In this document: in pieces, positions 1 to 13,565 of the stretch | Layout of the letters: every line of letters starts with the position of its first letter | How positions within the stretch are numbered: the stretch's first letter is position 1 | DNA from: Macrostomum lignano | Lineage: Eukaryota | NCBI GenBank assembly: GCA_002269645.1 | Contig: NIVC01001780.1 | Span: 62,001-126,000 of the forward strand | Direction of reading: 5' to 3' | Length of the DNA: 64,000 bases | Notes under the pieces: model-generated | Seen by the model: only the letters and a program-made list of their open reading frames with translations | Databases searched by the model: none | Told to the model about the DNA's origin: nothing | Made by a program: the position numbers and the translations under genes

Positions 1-98
1 TGTGTGGCGACCCCCCCCTTCTCTAGTCCTTGGACTGAATAGTCGTACGCAGCCTTCAGATGCGCCGCGCGATAGCTGCGGCTGAGCTGTTGGTTGCA
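1..98 (+). mobile_element. 3' part of a tRNA-derived SINE (same family as the 62549-62804 copy), cut by the window edge, inside CFAP221 intron 2
   Basis: Bases 1-98 match the reverse complement of about 62551-62632 (tgtgtggcgacccc...agtccttggactgaa...cgtacgcagccttcagatgcg...gctgagctgt.ggttgca), apart from a ~16-bp insertion. Confidence 0.8.
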
Positions 99-163
99 CG
101 TATTCCAGAACTGAGTCAAATAATGTATTTAATTCAATTACGAGACGCAACTCTCTTACTCAC

Positions 164-447
164 CTTGCTGTGAATCCGCAGCGCGTCGTAGTAGTACCGC
201 ACCTCGGTGGGCTTAAACTCTAGCACGCACTGGACAGCAAAGCCGGGCACCAACCGATCCCGCTTCTCATAGCTCAGCTTGAAAAACGGCGTCTCAGGAG
301 GTAGGATGTGAAATCTGGTCACCTCGGTGCTGACATTGGCGAATTTCACTTTGCGCACGTGGACTTGATTCGGCGTGAAGCCGGCAAAGTGCACGACGGC
401 TGGGTGCGCTTCTACGATGGCGTTGCGGCCCATCTTGTTGAAGATCT
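164..447 (-). CDS. CFAP221: CFAP221 (PCDP1) coding exon 2; gene continues beyond the left edge
   Basis: Encodes IFNKMGRNAIVEAHPAVVHFAGF...TRFHILPPETPFF...LVPG...EVRYYYDALRIHSK, matching the recalled CFAP221 N-terminal domain (vertebrate ...HILPPQTKYF...LVPGL...EWRYYYDCIRVHCK). Acceptor ctcAG at 449-448 is phase 1 and joins exon 1 to give LDTQIFNK; donor AAG|GTGAGT at 163. Confidence 0.85.
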
Positions 448-612
448 CTGAGCGAATGCGGGGCGTGCAAGAGGCTCGATGAGCTATAGCAAAGACTCGG
501 GCGTGAGAAAACTCCCTCGTCTGTACAGAGTTAACTTGCACAGTGTGTCTTGTACAGACTTTAAGCTCTCAATACAATAGCTCGTACAGAACTCATCCAC
601 AGCTATCACAAG

Positions 613-902
613 ACACACAGACAAACACTAAGACACTAAAACAGACGGACACTAAGGCACTAAGACACTAAGACAGAGGGACACAAAGACACTAAGACAG
701 ACGGACACTAAGGCACTAAGACACTAAGACAGAGGGACACAAAGACACTAAGACAGACGGACACTAAGGCACTAAGACACTAAGACAGAGGGACACAAAG
801 ACACTAAGACAGACGGACACTAAGGCACTAAGACACTAAGACAGAGGGACACAAAGACACTAAGACAGACGGACACAAAGACACTAAGACAGACGGACAC
901 TA

Positions 903-903
<1 letters not shown>
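613..903. repeat. 56-bp tandem repeat (about 4-5 units) grading into GACA microsatellite, in CFAP221 intron 1
   Basis: agacagagggacacaaagacactaagacagacggacactaaggcactaagacacta recurs at 671, 727, 783 and, partly, 839. Confidence 0.9.
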
Positions 904-1729
<826 letters not shown>

Positions 1730-1763
1730 GAGAAAGTTAAGAGGTGAAAATGTTAGGCCTTAC

Positions 1764-1974
1764 GCGTATCAAGGAAGTAGTTGGGCACAGGGCGCCTGCC
1801 AGTCTCCGGCTCCGCAAACAGGTCGTCTCTGTCGACGAGCAGCTGCCGCGGCTCCTGACCCTGCTGCTCCTCCTGCTGATCCTCCTGCAGCAGCTCGCTG
1901 TTGGCATCCTTGAGCCCGCCAGAGCTGGCAACGGACAGTGCGGGAGCCAAGGCCAAGCCTCCAGACTCCGACAT
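1764..1974 (-). CDS. CFAP221: CFAP221 coding exon 1
   Basis: ATG at 1974; MSESGG...GRRPVPNYFLDT resembles vertebrate KKRKEVPNHLLES; donor C|GTAAGG at 1763, phase 1, compatible with the acceptor at 448. Confidence 0.75.
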
Positions 1975-2040
1975 ATTTTGTTTTGATCAGTAATTGTTCT
2001 ATGCTAAATTGTTATTTGAAAGTTAAACAATTCAACGTTG

Positions 2041-2048
2041 TGACGTCA
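2041..2048. promoter_or_regulatory. Perfect CRE palindrome TGACGTCA about 67 bp upstream of the CFAP221 ATG
   Basis: Exact consensus match; position only, function unproven. Confidence 0.3.
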
Positions 2049-2209
2049 TCAGAGTCCAGCTGGCTGAAATGTTGGTTGTATAAGACATTTTAGCAATGGT
2101 TTATAATTTCAAAAGCTCGAAATCTCACATCGTAAAAATCGTTTAAATTGTGAGCTTGCACAAAAGCGCAGTACAAGACTACCGGGTACTTACCCTCCGG
2201 CAACGGAGG

Positions 2210-3408
2210 GGAAACACCTGAGGGGATATACCGAAGGAAATATACCTGAAGGGATGTACCGGAGGAAATATACCGGAGGAAATATACTTAAGGGGATATA
2301 CCTGAGGAGATATACCGGAGGAAATATACCGGAGGGGATATATCGGAGGGGATATACCGGAGGGGATATATCGGAGGGGATATACCGGAGGGGATATACC
2401 AAAGAAAATATACTTGAGGGGATGTACGGGAGGAAATATAACGGAGGAAATATACGGGAGGGGATATACCAGATGAGATATACAGAAGGAAATATACCGG
2501 AGGAAATATACGGGAGGGGATATACCGGAGGAGATATACCGGAAGAAATATACGGGAGGGGATATACCGGAGGAGATATACCAAAGGAGATATACCGGAG
2601 GAGATATACCGGAGGAGATATACCGGAGGGGATATACCGGGGGAGATATACCCGAGGGGATATACCGGAGTGGATATACCGGAGGGGAAATACCGGAGGG
2701 AAATGCCGGAGGAGATATACCCGAGGGGATATACCGGAGGGGAAATACCGGAGGGGATATACCGGAGGGGATATACCGGGAGGAGATATACCGGAGGAAA
2801 TATACGGGAGGGGATATACCGGAGGAGATATACCAGAGGAAATATACGGGAGGGGATATACCGGAGGAGATATACCAAAGGAGATATACCGGAGGAAATA
2901 TACTTAAGGGGATATACCGGAGGAGATATACCGGAGGAGATATACCGGAGGAAATATACCGGAGGGGCTATATCGGAGGGGATATACCGGAGGGGATATA
3001 CCAAAGAAAATATACTTGAGGGGATGTACGGGAGGAAATATAACGGAGGAAATATACGGGAGGGGATATACCAGATGAGATATACAGAAGGAAATATATC
3101 GGAGGAAATATACGGGAGGGGATATACCGGAGGAAATATACCGGAGGAAATATACGGGAGGGGATATACCGGAGGAGATATACCGAAAGAGATATACCGG
3201 AGGAGATATACCGGAGGAGATATACCGGAGGAGATATACCGGAGGAGATATACCGGAGGAGATATACCGGAGGGAGGTATATCGGAGGGGAAACGCCAGA
3301 GTGGATATACCGGAGTGGATATACCGGAGGGGATATACCGGAGTGGATATACCGGAGGAGATATACCGGAGGGGATATATCGGAGGGAAACGCCGGAGGA
3401 GAAATAAC
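2210..3408. repeat. About 14-16-bp minisatellite (gatataccggagg/gga) with higher-order duplications, between divergent CFAP221 and GPCR starts
   Basis: Dozens of gatataccgga(g) units; longer blocks such as ccaaagaaaatatacttgaggggatgtacgggagg recur at about 2399 and 3001. Confidence 0.95.
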
Positions 3409-5081
3409 CGAAAGCCCCAGCAAAAACTATAAGTCACGTGAGTTAGTTAATCGATACTAAGTTTATTGCATGCCTCGAACTTTGAGTGTTGATTACGACT
3501 CCATAGATCACCCAAGCGGAGCAGCTGAGCTTATCGCTGATATTAAATTTTTGCCCTCAATTGTAACGTCCTACACTGGGCCATAACGCTGTGTAGGCGT
3601 TGAGAGTTCGTTGAGAGTTGAGTGTGACCGCGGTTTATTTATTAATCACGGTAACCCCACCTCGTCTCGTTTCTGTTTATCGTTAGATGTAGCAGGCATT
3701 TTTGGGTTTATGACCTCTGTGTCCCAAAAAAATAACTCACCACTTAGGAATATTAGATGCAGATTCATTTATGAGGAATTACAAATGTAATATTTTTAGA
3801 CACAGAATATTAAATGGCTGCTGTAATTTTGACCATATATCTAACTTGAAGCCTTATAGACTTATTCCAATTTCACATTCAAAGATGAATTAATTTTTAA
3901 ATCGAGCAAAAAACTCTTTAGACCTTGAAATAACAAACTTCAAAAGTTCGACTTGAATTGATCTACAAAAACCCACGGAAAAGTTTACACAGTCGGCTTC
4001 AACCTCGAAACTGGACAAGCCTGCACCTCGGAAAAAACATTTTAGCATCTGCGAGGCTACAACCGCCACCGCTGCCGGTTTTCAAATATACAGTCTGACG
4101 GCTTTCTATCTATCCGGCAGCATTGAACACGGCCCTAGGGATGGAATAGTCTAGATTGTACATGCATGGCTGCAGTTCCAGCTGGGAGAGGATAGCCATA
4201 TGCATGTGGAAGCAAGGGGGAGACAGATTGGTATGCAACCGTTCCGGCTGAAACATGTTTTCTCCATTCGCGCAGATCTCGCCTGCCTCCCTCCCTCCTA
4301 TCCTCGGCTGCCCGAACGTTATACTGGATATTCGAGACTTGGTCACGGAGGAGGGGTGGACTGCATGGGCCCAGTGAAATATGCGGATGGATCATCTGCA
4401 GGGCTCTACCAGCGGGGGATTTTTTGTTCAGGGAGCTGGGGGGAGGCGACAAAAGTTCTGGGTTAGCCATAGCCAATGAACGAGGCTTGAGGCTAACACC
4501 GGGGGAGTGGGGAGAGGATTATCGAAGGGCCGATCATCGATGGTTCGTGCTGCAAAAACGGATGGAGAGGGGAAGGGAGGGGAGAACTGAATGGTCGGCA
4601 ATTAGGGCAGCCATAACAGTCGCTAGCGTTGCTATACACGGCTAGCTGTATCCAACAGTTCGCGTGCGTGCCGCTGCTGCTTGCATAATAATAACCCCTA
4701 TGACAACCCCTTCCTTACTCCCCCTGAGACTTGCTTCGGATTTCTAAAGCCTACAACAAGAAGGCCCCTTCCTACAGCCGAACGCTCACTGCGTAGAGCG
4801 CAGTTGTTCTCTTCCGTTCCAAAAAAGTCTTGCAAGCAATAACCGGTGCTGAGTGCTACTGGAGGAAGCTTTCCAATTTCACTATAAGAAAGCGCCAAGC
4901 ACTACTGCTCCGAAAGAAGAATCGGTCTCTGTCTGCTTGCTAATAGTCAGTCATGGGCGTAGGATGCATTGGAAAGTAAGTAGCTCAAGTATGGACTTTG
5001 ATTTTTTTAATAATTTTTTTAAGTTCGTTGAATATAAGTTGCCTTCCACGACACCCCGTCAATAATTTTAGAGTTCCGATA

Positions 5082-5157
5082 ATGTACATCGCCAACAAGG
5101 CGGTTCTGTGGGGCTGTTACGCCCTCATAATGTCGTTAATTCTGTTTGGACTTATTG
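5082..5157 (+). CDS. Class A GPCR exon 1 (TM1); true N-terminus may lie further upstream
   Basis: MYIANKAVLWGCYALIMSLILFGLI-G ends at donor G|GTAAGA (5158); phase 1 joins the acceptor at 5284 to restore the TM1 GLIGN motif. Confidence 0.7.
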
Positions 5158-5284
5158 GTAAGATCAAGCTACATTAAGATGAACTGCTTTTTCTCCATAT
5201 TATCAAGGCTTAGCATATTGAGCATAGTCTCACATCGATCATCGAGGTCAAACTAGAAATAGTAAAATCGTCCGTCATTTCCAG

Positions 5285-6999
5285 GAAACATCCTGTCCTT
5301 CCGCATTCTGGGCTACAACAAGTCGCGCAGAAATCAGTCCAGCACTTTCTATTTACGAGCTTTGGCCGTGGCGGACTCAGGCGCTCTGATCTTGAACTCG
5401 CTGCTGATGGCGCAGATGATGATGCTACGACCAGCGATACACCTGCACCCATTAAGCTTATTGTCCATCATGCTGAACTCGTACCCGATGTGCAATGTGA
5501 GGATGTACTTGTCGCGTTCGACCACACTGATAGCGGTATACATTATCGTGCTGTTTAGCATCGAACGAGCTCTGGTAGTGATCAATCCGTTTCGCTGGAT
5601 GAGATTCTTCACTTTGCGCAAAGCAAAATTAGCGGTGATTGGTTTGACGCTCATCAGCTACAGCATCTGCATTCCTGCAATGTTCAGCTTCAACAAGGAG
5701 AGCTTCAACTACCCGAAGCGTCTGTACAATGTGACCACGAATAAGACCATTGTGGCTCCGACACTCCTGGCTATGGCGGACTGCTCGCGTCTTAGACGAG
5801 AGGGCGTCAACGGAACTGGCAGCCTGGTGATGGAGGAGCCCATGCCGATGCTGGGCATTCTCGCTCAGCTGGCGTTGAACAAGGAGAGCATCCGGATAGA
5901 GGGCAATCTTTCCACTGTGCACCGGATGCTGCTCAACCAGAGCAAACAGGAACGCGGTCTGATGAGACACATCGGACTGGAATGCCAGAGCATTGCCGAG
6001 TGTCGCATCAATTTTCCAATTTTCAAGCCTTTCATCATGTTTTACAATATTTCCATATCCCTGATCCCATTTATCATCACTGGAGTTTGCAACTTGATCA
6101 TTCTAGTGTCTCTTCGTAACGTTGAGACAAAAAACCTGCGCAAGTCAAAGGCCAATGAAGAGGCTCAGGATCGGCAGGTGACAAAAAAGTTAATCATCGT
6201 CTCGACGGCTTTCGTGGTGCTGAGCTTTCCGTTGGCTCTGTTTCACTTAATTACCGGGATAATGCGAGGCAGTTACTGCAGCACCTTTTGGTCGAACTAC
6301 CTGACTATTGGTCTGACCCTGAGCTCCTCCAACCACGCCGTCAATTTCATCATCTACTGCATCAGCGAGGAGCAATTTAGACGGCTGGTTGTGTCCGTCC
6401 TGCTGTGCAAGCGGCACCGCCTCACCAGGCTGCTCAGCTACATCAACGAGCCGAGGAATCGAGGCGCCTGTGGCGGCGGCAGGGCCGGAGGCTACGGCTC
6501 GAAAGGGCGCAGCAGACGAGGCAACGTTGGCACCACCAACACTGGCCCGGCGACTGCAACCGCCGGAACTGGCTGCCGGAAGATGTCCACCCCGTACACA
6601 AACATCACTAACTACAGCACAAGCCAGAGTCAGAGTCAGTGTCCGGACCAGTCGGAGATGTCAGTAACGGATGTCTTGGTGCACCAGCCGGTCGAGAGAA
6701 CACCAACGCCACCGCCGCCGCCGCCGTCAACGCCACCGCAAGAGCCTCCGCCTCAGGAGACGTCAAAGACGAAAGAATCGCCCAAGCAACGTCAAAAGAC
6801 GCTCTCATTTGCGAAGCGACTCAAAGCCAGACGGCGTAACGATGAAATTGTAGCAGACGATGCTGTTGAAATCCCGCACGACTTCAAGAACTGCAGCCTG
6901 GTGCGGGACGACTGGGCAAGCGAGCTGTTTGCCGACGATGTTGAAGACAGTCAGTTGAGGGCCATAATGGCACGCTGGAGTGAAATCACACCAGAGTGA
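5285..6999 (+). CDS. Rhodopsin-class peptide-type orphan GPCR, exon 2 (FMRFamide/myosuppressin/sex-peptide-receptor-like group); 596 aa if started at 5082
   Basis: Acceptor tttccAG at 5284; GN (TM1), STFYLRALAVAD (TM2), TM3 Cys and SIERALVVINPF (E/DRY variant), IPF in TM5, LSFP in TM6, NHAVNFIIY (NPxxY variant); TGA at 6997-6999. Confidence 0.92.
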
Positions 7000-8255
7000 C
7001 TGGACTACTAGCTTTCTTAGCCATGTTTCCTGTAGTCAGAGTCCATGTTCAATAGTCACTTAGCAGAAACCTTTCGATGCACAATTCAATTTTCACCAAA
7101 AGTCATCTTTTTTTATTCTGCAATATCTATAAAACTCTATAGCCGTTGTAAGTTGCATGTGTTAAAAAACATTTATGACACTGGAAATTACAGTTCAGTC
7201 AAGACCATTTTTTGAAGGCCCAATCTCTCACTAAAAAATGCTTTTCCGATATTAAGACAGTCATATAAAGCCAGAATGAGTTGGTTTTGAAGTGGATTCA
7301 TTGACAAATCGACTTACTTTCATGAAAAGTTGCCTCTTGAGACTGACAAAATGTCCCCAAACAATTGTATTCCCTGAATGTAATATTTTCCCTGGACATA
7401 TTTTTCTATTTGGGTTTGTTTGTATTCTCCTAAAATTGTCTATGAAAAATCCATATTTAATGTTATGCATTTTGCAAAAAAAGTCTGTTTAGAGAATGCA
7501 CAGTACATTCACTTTTACTTTTTCCCATTTTCAGTACAGATTAAATGAATTTTTTCAAAAAAAAACTTTAGCAAGTTAAAATTGAGATACTAACAATCCA
7601 ATAATATGCTAAAAAAACCTTGTTGGTATGAAACAGAGGAGTTCCTATCTCACAAATATATTTTAGTGAGATAAAGCCTTCAAATGAATTGTCTGTAGAG
7701 TGTCAGTATGTTAAGTCCTGATGCAACTATATAGTGATTATTGAGTATTTTAAGAATTTCGCCAGGTTAAAATTGACTCCTAATCTAATTTAATTGACAG
7801 AATTCAGTTTCTTGTTTAAATTTTCTGAGCATAGAGCTCTGCCATTTCACATTATATTGCATTGAATGTATAAATGATCTGCAATATTATTTTTGTTGCA
7901 ATAAACTTTTATAAACGTTCATAAATTCACTCTTTGTTTGATAAAAATCATTCATAGGCAATTTTAACTGTTAATATTAATCAGTTCATAGCTCATTGAT
8001 AAAGTCCCTGTGAGTTTACTGGAACAAACTTTTTGTAGAAAATTATAATGCTCATAATTAGACTAGTAATCCTGCAACACAGAACATTTTCCAACTTTGC
8101 TAACATGGTTAAACTATACTACTGAATCAGAATATTTAAGTAGTGTTTTATGTATTAAACTATGAGTCCGTTTGTTAAAGTTTCTTAAATAAACTTTTGA
8201 ATTAGCTTCAAAAATGCAGTTATTAGCAAACTAACACTTAAATGAATCAAGTAAG

Positions 8256-8893
8256 ACAAAATTCAAGAAAATGGGCCAATTTTTTTGTTGTGCACCTTCT
8301 CAAACAAGAATCAAGTCGCTAGCCCTTTGGACAGTTGAGATATTTGACTATTCTGCTAGTCAGTTGAATTTTTTCCATAAGTGCTAGTGTATTCAGAATA
8401 CGCCTGTTCGCCAATCAGCATTGCACCTCAGTGCAGCCTTGCCAAGCCTCCAAATTTCATCAGCACATCGACCACATGTGTCTGCATCAGTTCTGACTTT
8501 GTTGGTCACTGGCCTTCACTCAGGTAGAAATTCTGGACCTTCAACATGTGGCACAAGGTGACTATAACCACCATGATGCAAATTTTGCAATCAGCAAAGT
8601 TTTGCTGATTAGACCTCAGCAGTGGGCAAAGCTTAACTGTTAGACATCCTTAACTAGTCTCTCAAGCATTCAGTTATCACCCAGACGCCGTTGGCACCTT
8701 CAACAGGTGGCACCATTCGATTCGACTATGGATATCCTGTTGCAACAGTGTCAGATTTTTATAATCAAGCTTATATAATGGGCAAACCGTCTGGCAGAAT
8801 CATTGAATATCTCAATGGTCTGCAGGGCTGGTGACTTGACTCTAGTTTGAGAAGGTGCGCAGCAAAAAGTTGGCCCATGTTCTTGAATTTTGT
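8256..8893. mobile_element. MITE-like element bounded by ~62-bp imperfect inverted repeats
   Basis: 8256-8317 is the near reverse complement of 8833-8893 (acaaaattcaagaa.atgggccaa.tttt.g.tg.gcaccttctcaaac.aga.tcaagtc); no ORF or TSD recognised. Confidence 0.55.
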
Positions 8894-10559
8894 GCACTTG
8901 CATTGCACCATTCTGGCGCAGCAAAAAAATTGTCTGGGGGAAGAAGTCCCCCTTCTTGATAGTTCTACGGGTGGAGAAATGGCTTGGTATTCCTACTGTT
9001 AACTTTCTATTGGACTATAATTGAAAATGGATCATTTAAATGCAAATAGTTTTCTATCAATACAATATATTTTGATCACAGCACAGCAGTAAAACAAAAT
9101 GTTCATTTGCTAGTAAACAAAAGAAAGTGACTATAAATATTAAAGACAGAAAAATCAAGCAGCATTTTTTCAACTGAAACAACTCAATAGGTTTTAGGCT
9201 AAATATGCTTAGGCCTAGTTTACATTAAAATTTCTAAATTTTGAAAAAGTTAATTCCAGAAGGAGTATTAATTTGACTTTATCATTTAATTGGTAAGTTT
9301 CATAATGATCACATCCAATTTTTGAGCAATAAAATCCATGGGGGATGTTTTATTCATTTCACAATATGGAGTGTGTATTTTTATTGATGTTCTCATGTTA
9401 GAAAAAAATTTATGAAGTTTTTTTAAACTATTATATAATATGCTTGTACAAGGCAAAATTTTAAATAAATAAAATATAATACCTTTTGCTAAATTAGATT
9501 TTCATTTTGAATCATAGACTGTACCATTTTGTTACATTATTTATAACTTTTGCTTGTTTGTATGTATCAATAATGTTAACATTTTTACAGAATGAGAAAT
9601 GTGATGGAAAATAATAGTACTTTTAGGGCAGCCCTCAAAAGTCATACAAAGAGGGTGCATGGGTTAGTGTGTTGAGAATAAAGAAACAGCTATAACAAGA
9701 GCAGCTAAAATTTTATGATAATAATTAAGTTCAGATTATTTCTTTAAAAATTATTATGCTTAAAAATTGTTTTTATCTAATTTAAAAAGATATGAAAGAG
9801 CATAAAAATAATTGCTTGTCCAAGCTGAGCAAGAAGCTGGGCGAATGCCAAATGGGCTGGACCGGCTGGTTCGGTTGTTTGGTTAGGACGTCAGCACTCA
9901 TGAGGATGAGGAGCCCTAATTCTTTATCTGAAGCGTAGAATTTTTATTAAATCATTTAGTAATTGCCCCATAGCGTTTTTTGCTCCTAAAGGGCCCATCC
10001 TTCGAAAATATTTGTTGTACAGTGTACACCAGTGTTAAAATACTTGAAAAACATTTCACTTAAATCCTTTACTGTAAAAATCCATCAAGACTTAAATTCA
10101 ATTAAGCACTATACTGTAAGTTGCTAAAATTAAGCTACACAGATAATACAAAAATTTAAATCAAGACGATACCTGAACAGCCGTTGAGGCGTTGTTCTTT
10201 TTTTAGCAGCACAACTGTCGAAAACCTGTAAAGATTTAATCAGCCAAAAGACTTGCTTAGTTGAATTTCATCCCCGTTAAAAATGTGTTAGTAACAACTT
10301 GATAAAATGTACTGTATTATATTTACAACCAAAAAAGTTTTTTTAAAAGTTTTTAAAAAGTTTTATTGGTCTTTAAAAACAGTTTTGCCTATAAATTTGC
10401 AAATATTTACATTTCTGTAGTTAAAGTAAGCGCATTACTTAAAAAAATTATTTCCAAGAACCTTTGTCAAAATGCTTTTTAACGTTATTGTATATTCACC
10501 GAAGACAATTCGAAGTATTGACATTTTTTTGTTCTTTTCTTCTATATCTAATTTTCAAA

Positions 10560-10625
10560 ATGGGACGCTTAAACGTAGATATTTTGCGCTATTTGTCCAC
10601 AGAAGAAATGCGAGTCCTAACAGCT
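10560..10625 (+). CDS. RIOK2: RIO kinase 2, exon 1 of 5
   Basis: MGRLNVDILRYLSTEEMRVLTA aligns with the RIO2 N-terminus (human [22 protein letters not shown]); donor GCT|GTAAGT, phase 0. Confidence 0.9.
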
Positions 10626-12844
10626 GTAAGTTTGCTGTTTGTTCCTAACTTCCTACTCTACTTTTCAACTAAATATATAGTAATAAGATTTAGATAAATT
10701 TCAAGCCTTCCTGTATCCTAAAATCCGTATCTAATAATATGTTTTAAAATACATTTCCAACTTGTATTTACAGCTATTTTACAGACAGTTGAAATGTTAT
10801 TTGGGTCTATGAGAATTTCCAGTAGAAGAGGTTTGGCTAGGCCTATGCAAGCTTTTCCCGCAGCAAGGTTTTCCCACTCCCCATACTCAAAGACTTCAAT
10901 GTTTTTTAAAACTTCCTAGCATGCAAATATACAATGATTTGTTTTGGCACATTAGAATTTATTTGTCATTTTTCAATAAGAATAAGTATGAATTATTGTC
11001 TTTACAAGACCATGTCTTTTCACAAACTTTTGTCTCAACAAAACATGCCTCTCTATCATGCCAGGCCACATTCTACATCAGCTATTCCATGCCATAGCAT
11101 GCCAACATGCCGCTTTTGGCATGCAATAGCCACAATTTTTAGGCCAAACCAAATGCATGCAATGTATGCCTTCTGGAGTATTGTATATATCAATTTTCTA
11201 CTATAGATAGTATCACCAAAATAGCTTAAAAATCAACTAAATTAATTGCTTATTACACAATTTAAAAAAAGGTCATTTATTGTCACAATGTAAAAAAGGT
11301 TGTTGTTGCAACACTGGCATAATTTTTAGAATAGGTGTGTACACTAAATTTTTTTTCGTATGCATTTGTAATTATTCAATTTTTGTTTGAGCATGCACTT
11401 AGCATGATCCAGACTATGGCTCATTCCTGCATGCCATAGTTAGGAAAGTGTCCAGTGTACACAGGAACTAATTCTGGGCAAAATTAAGCCTGTATGCCAA
11501 TGTACGCCAATTTTTTTAGCTTCATTTCAAACATTACGCTGTATGCTAAAGTCCTTTATTTTACAAATTTTACAGATTTTATGAAAGAATGGACTACTTT
11601 ATTGCACGCAACAATTTGAAAAAAAAATAGAAACAAATAAAACAATTCTTTTTTCACAAAAGTGCAAAATAACAATCTTTAGAAATAGTTTTCTATTATC
11701 TGCTTACTTTTTATTATTCTTTAATTTTTTCAATGGCCATAAATCAGCAAAGACATATGATACAATGCAAATGAGATTGAATATGATTTGTAAAAAAGGT
11801 CACAATGCTTGCTTACATACGCGGACAGTGGTTATGATGCCGCCAGTCTGTTGTGTGTGTACACAGATACGCAGATATGCCAGTTTTCTGAAGATCTGTA
11901 TGCCAAAACTGATTCTAACGGCCAAGTGTACGCGGGAATATTCCTGTGTATAGACACCTTCCTGACTACCCGAGAAAAAAAAACAAACCAAACTTGCTAA
12001 GTACTTGGTAAGTCAACAATGCAACCTCGTGGCAAGTACCGCCTAAGTACTTTCTGGCTCATTCCATATAAGCATGGTCGTAACATGACAGGCTATTTTT
12101 ACTTATAAAATGAAATATAATAATAGAATATACTAAACCAATATTTTAAATGAAAGATAATTTTGTCAAAAATATTTTTATAGAGTTTCATGTAGATATC
12201 ATCATTAGTATAGATGCTATTAAACCTTGAATGGCACTTATGGTTGTAACAACAGGATTTTTGACATATAGAAACTAAAAGGTAAAAGTCTTATAACATT
12301 TTTATTTTTGATATTTTGCAATACATTTTTTAAAATTTGACTAAGAACATCTTTAGTAATCATACTCTTTTTGTAGAATATATAAACTCAAAAAGGCAAC
12401 AAAGATACAAAAGAAAAGGCAGCCTTATGGTCGTAACATTATGGTCGTAACATATTTTTTTCTGTCAATTCAGTAACTTTGAGGTACCAATATATTAAAA
12501 ATATAATAGATTATTTGGTCACCAATACTTTTATCTGATGATGCAAGTACTATACTTTTATCTATAGTTTGTTTCAACCTTCCAAAGCTTTCTATTTGTT
12601 TTTAAAAGGTACACAAACCTAATGATGTCTTTTGCTTAGAAAAATGTCTAAATTTTTACAAAAATGACTTTTTGCCACTTGATAGCATACTAATCTAACA
12701 TTTTATCATTCATTTATTCTTAGATTGTAGACATTACACATAAAAACATTTGGTAAAAAAATTGGCTGATAAGGCAATGGCAAGCAAAAATATTGACTTT
12801 TTTCTATTTTCCAAAAATGTCCATCTTATATGGAATGAGCCTTC

Positions 12845-13565
12845 TAAGTTTTCCAAGTACACTCAATAAGTACTTTCCAAGTATGCAATGTTTTCTCCAG
12901 TCACTTCTCAAGTACTTCCCAAGTATGCAATGTTTTCTCCAGTCACTTCTTAAGTACTTTCCAAGTATGCAATGTTTTCTCCAGTCACTTCTCAAGTACT
13001 TTCCAAGTATGTAATGTTTTCTCCAGTCACTTCTCAAGTACTTTCCAAGTATGTAATGTTTTCTCCAGTCACTTCTCAAGTACTTTCCAAGTATGCAATG
13101 TTTTCTCCAGTCACTTCTCAAGTACTTTCCAAGTATGCAATGTTTTCTCCAGTCACTTCTCAAGTACTTTCCAAGTATGCAATGTTTTCTCCAGTCACTT
13201 CTCAAGTACTTTCCAAGTATGCAATGTTTTCTCCAGTCACTTCTCAAGTACTTTCCAAGTATGCAATGTTTTCTCCAGTCACTTCTCAAGTACTTTCCAA
13301 GTATGCAATGTTTTCTCCAGTCACTTCTCAAGTACTTTCCAAGTATGCAATGTTTTCTCCAGTCACTTCTCAAGTACTTTCCAAGTATGCAATGTTTTCT
13401 CCAGTCACTTCTCAAGTACTTTCCAAGTATGCAATGTTTTCTCCAGTCACTTCTCAAGTACTTTCCAAGTATGCAATGTTTTCTCAAGTCACTTCTCAAG
13501 TACTTTCCAAGTTTGCAATGTTTTCTTAAATCACTTTTCAGGTACCTTCCAAGTATGCAATGTTC
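12845..13565. repeat. 42-bp tandem array (about 17 units), RIOK2 intron 1
   Basis: Unit ttccaagtatgcaatgttttctccagtcacttctcaagtact; period 42 (12901 to 12943). Confidence 0.97.

Noticed and set aside
448-541. N-terminal part of ORF 134-541 (MQVNSVQTREFSH...) and the acceptor at 521
   Set aside because: The phase-1 donor of exon 1 and gapless similarity (LDTQIFNK) favour the acceptor at 448; this stretch is intronic.
3455-3560. TTTATTGCATG followed by an Sm-site-like AATTTTTG, suggesting a flatworm spliced-leader RNA
   Set aside because: No GT donor follows the ATG, and the match to the recalled SL sequence is only about 11 nt.
3717-3805. Short Tc1/mariner-like inverted ends (ctgtgtcccaaaaa / tttttagacacag)
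   Set aside because: Only about 13 bp, imperfect, and no TA duplication; could be chance.
5362-5364. ORF-track start of the GPCR at 5362
   Set aside because: It is a TTG inside TM2; the frame is open back to the acceptor at 5284 and TM1 lies on an upstream exon.
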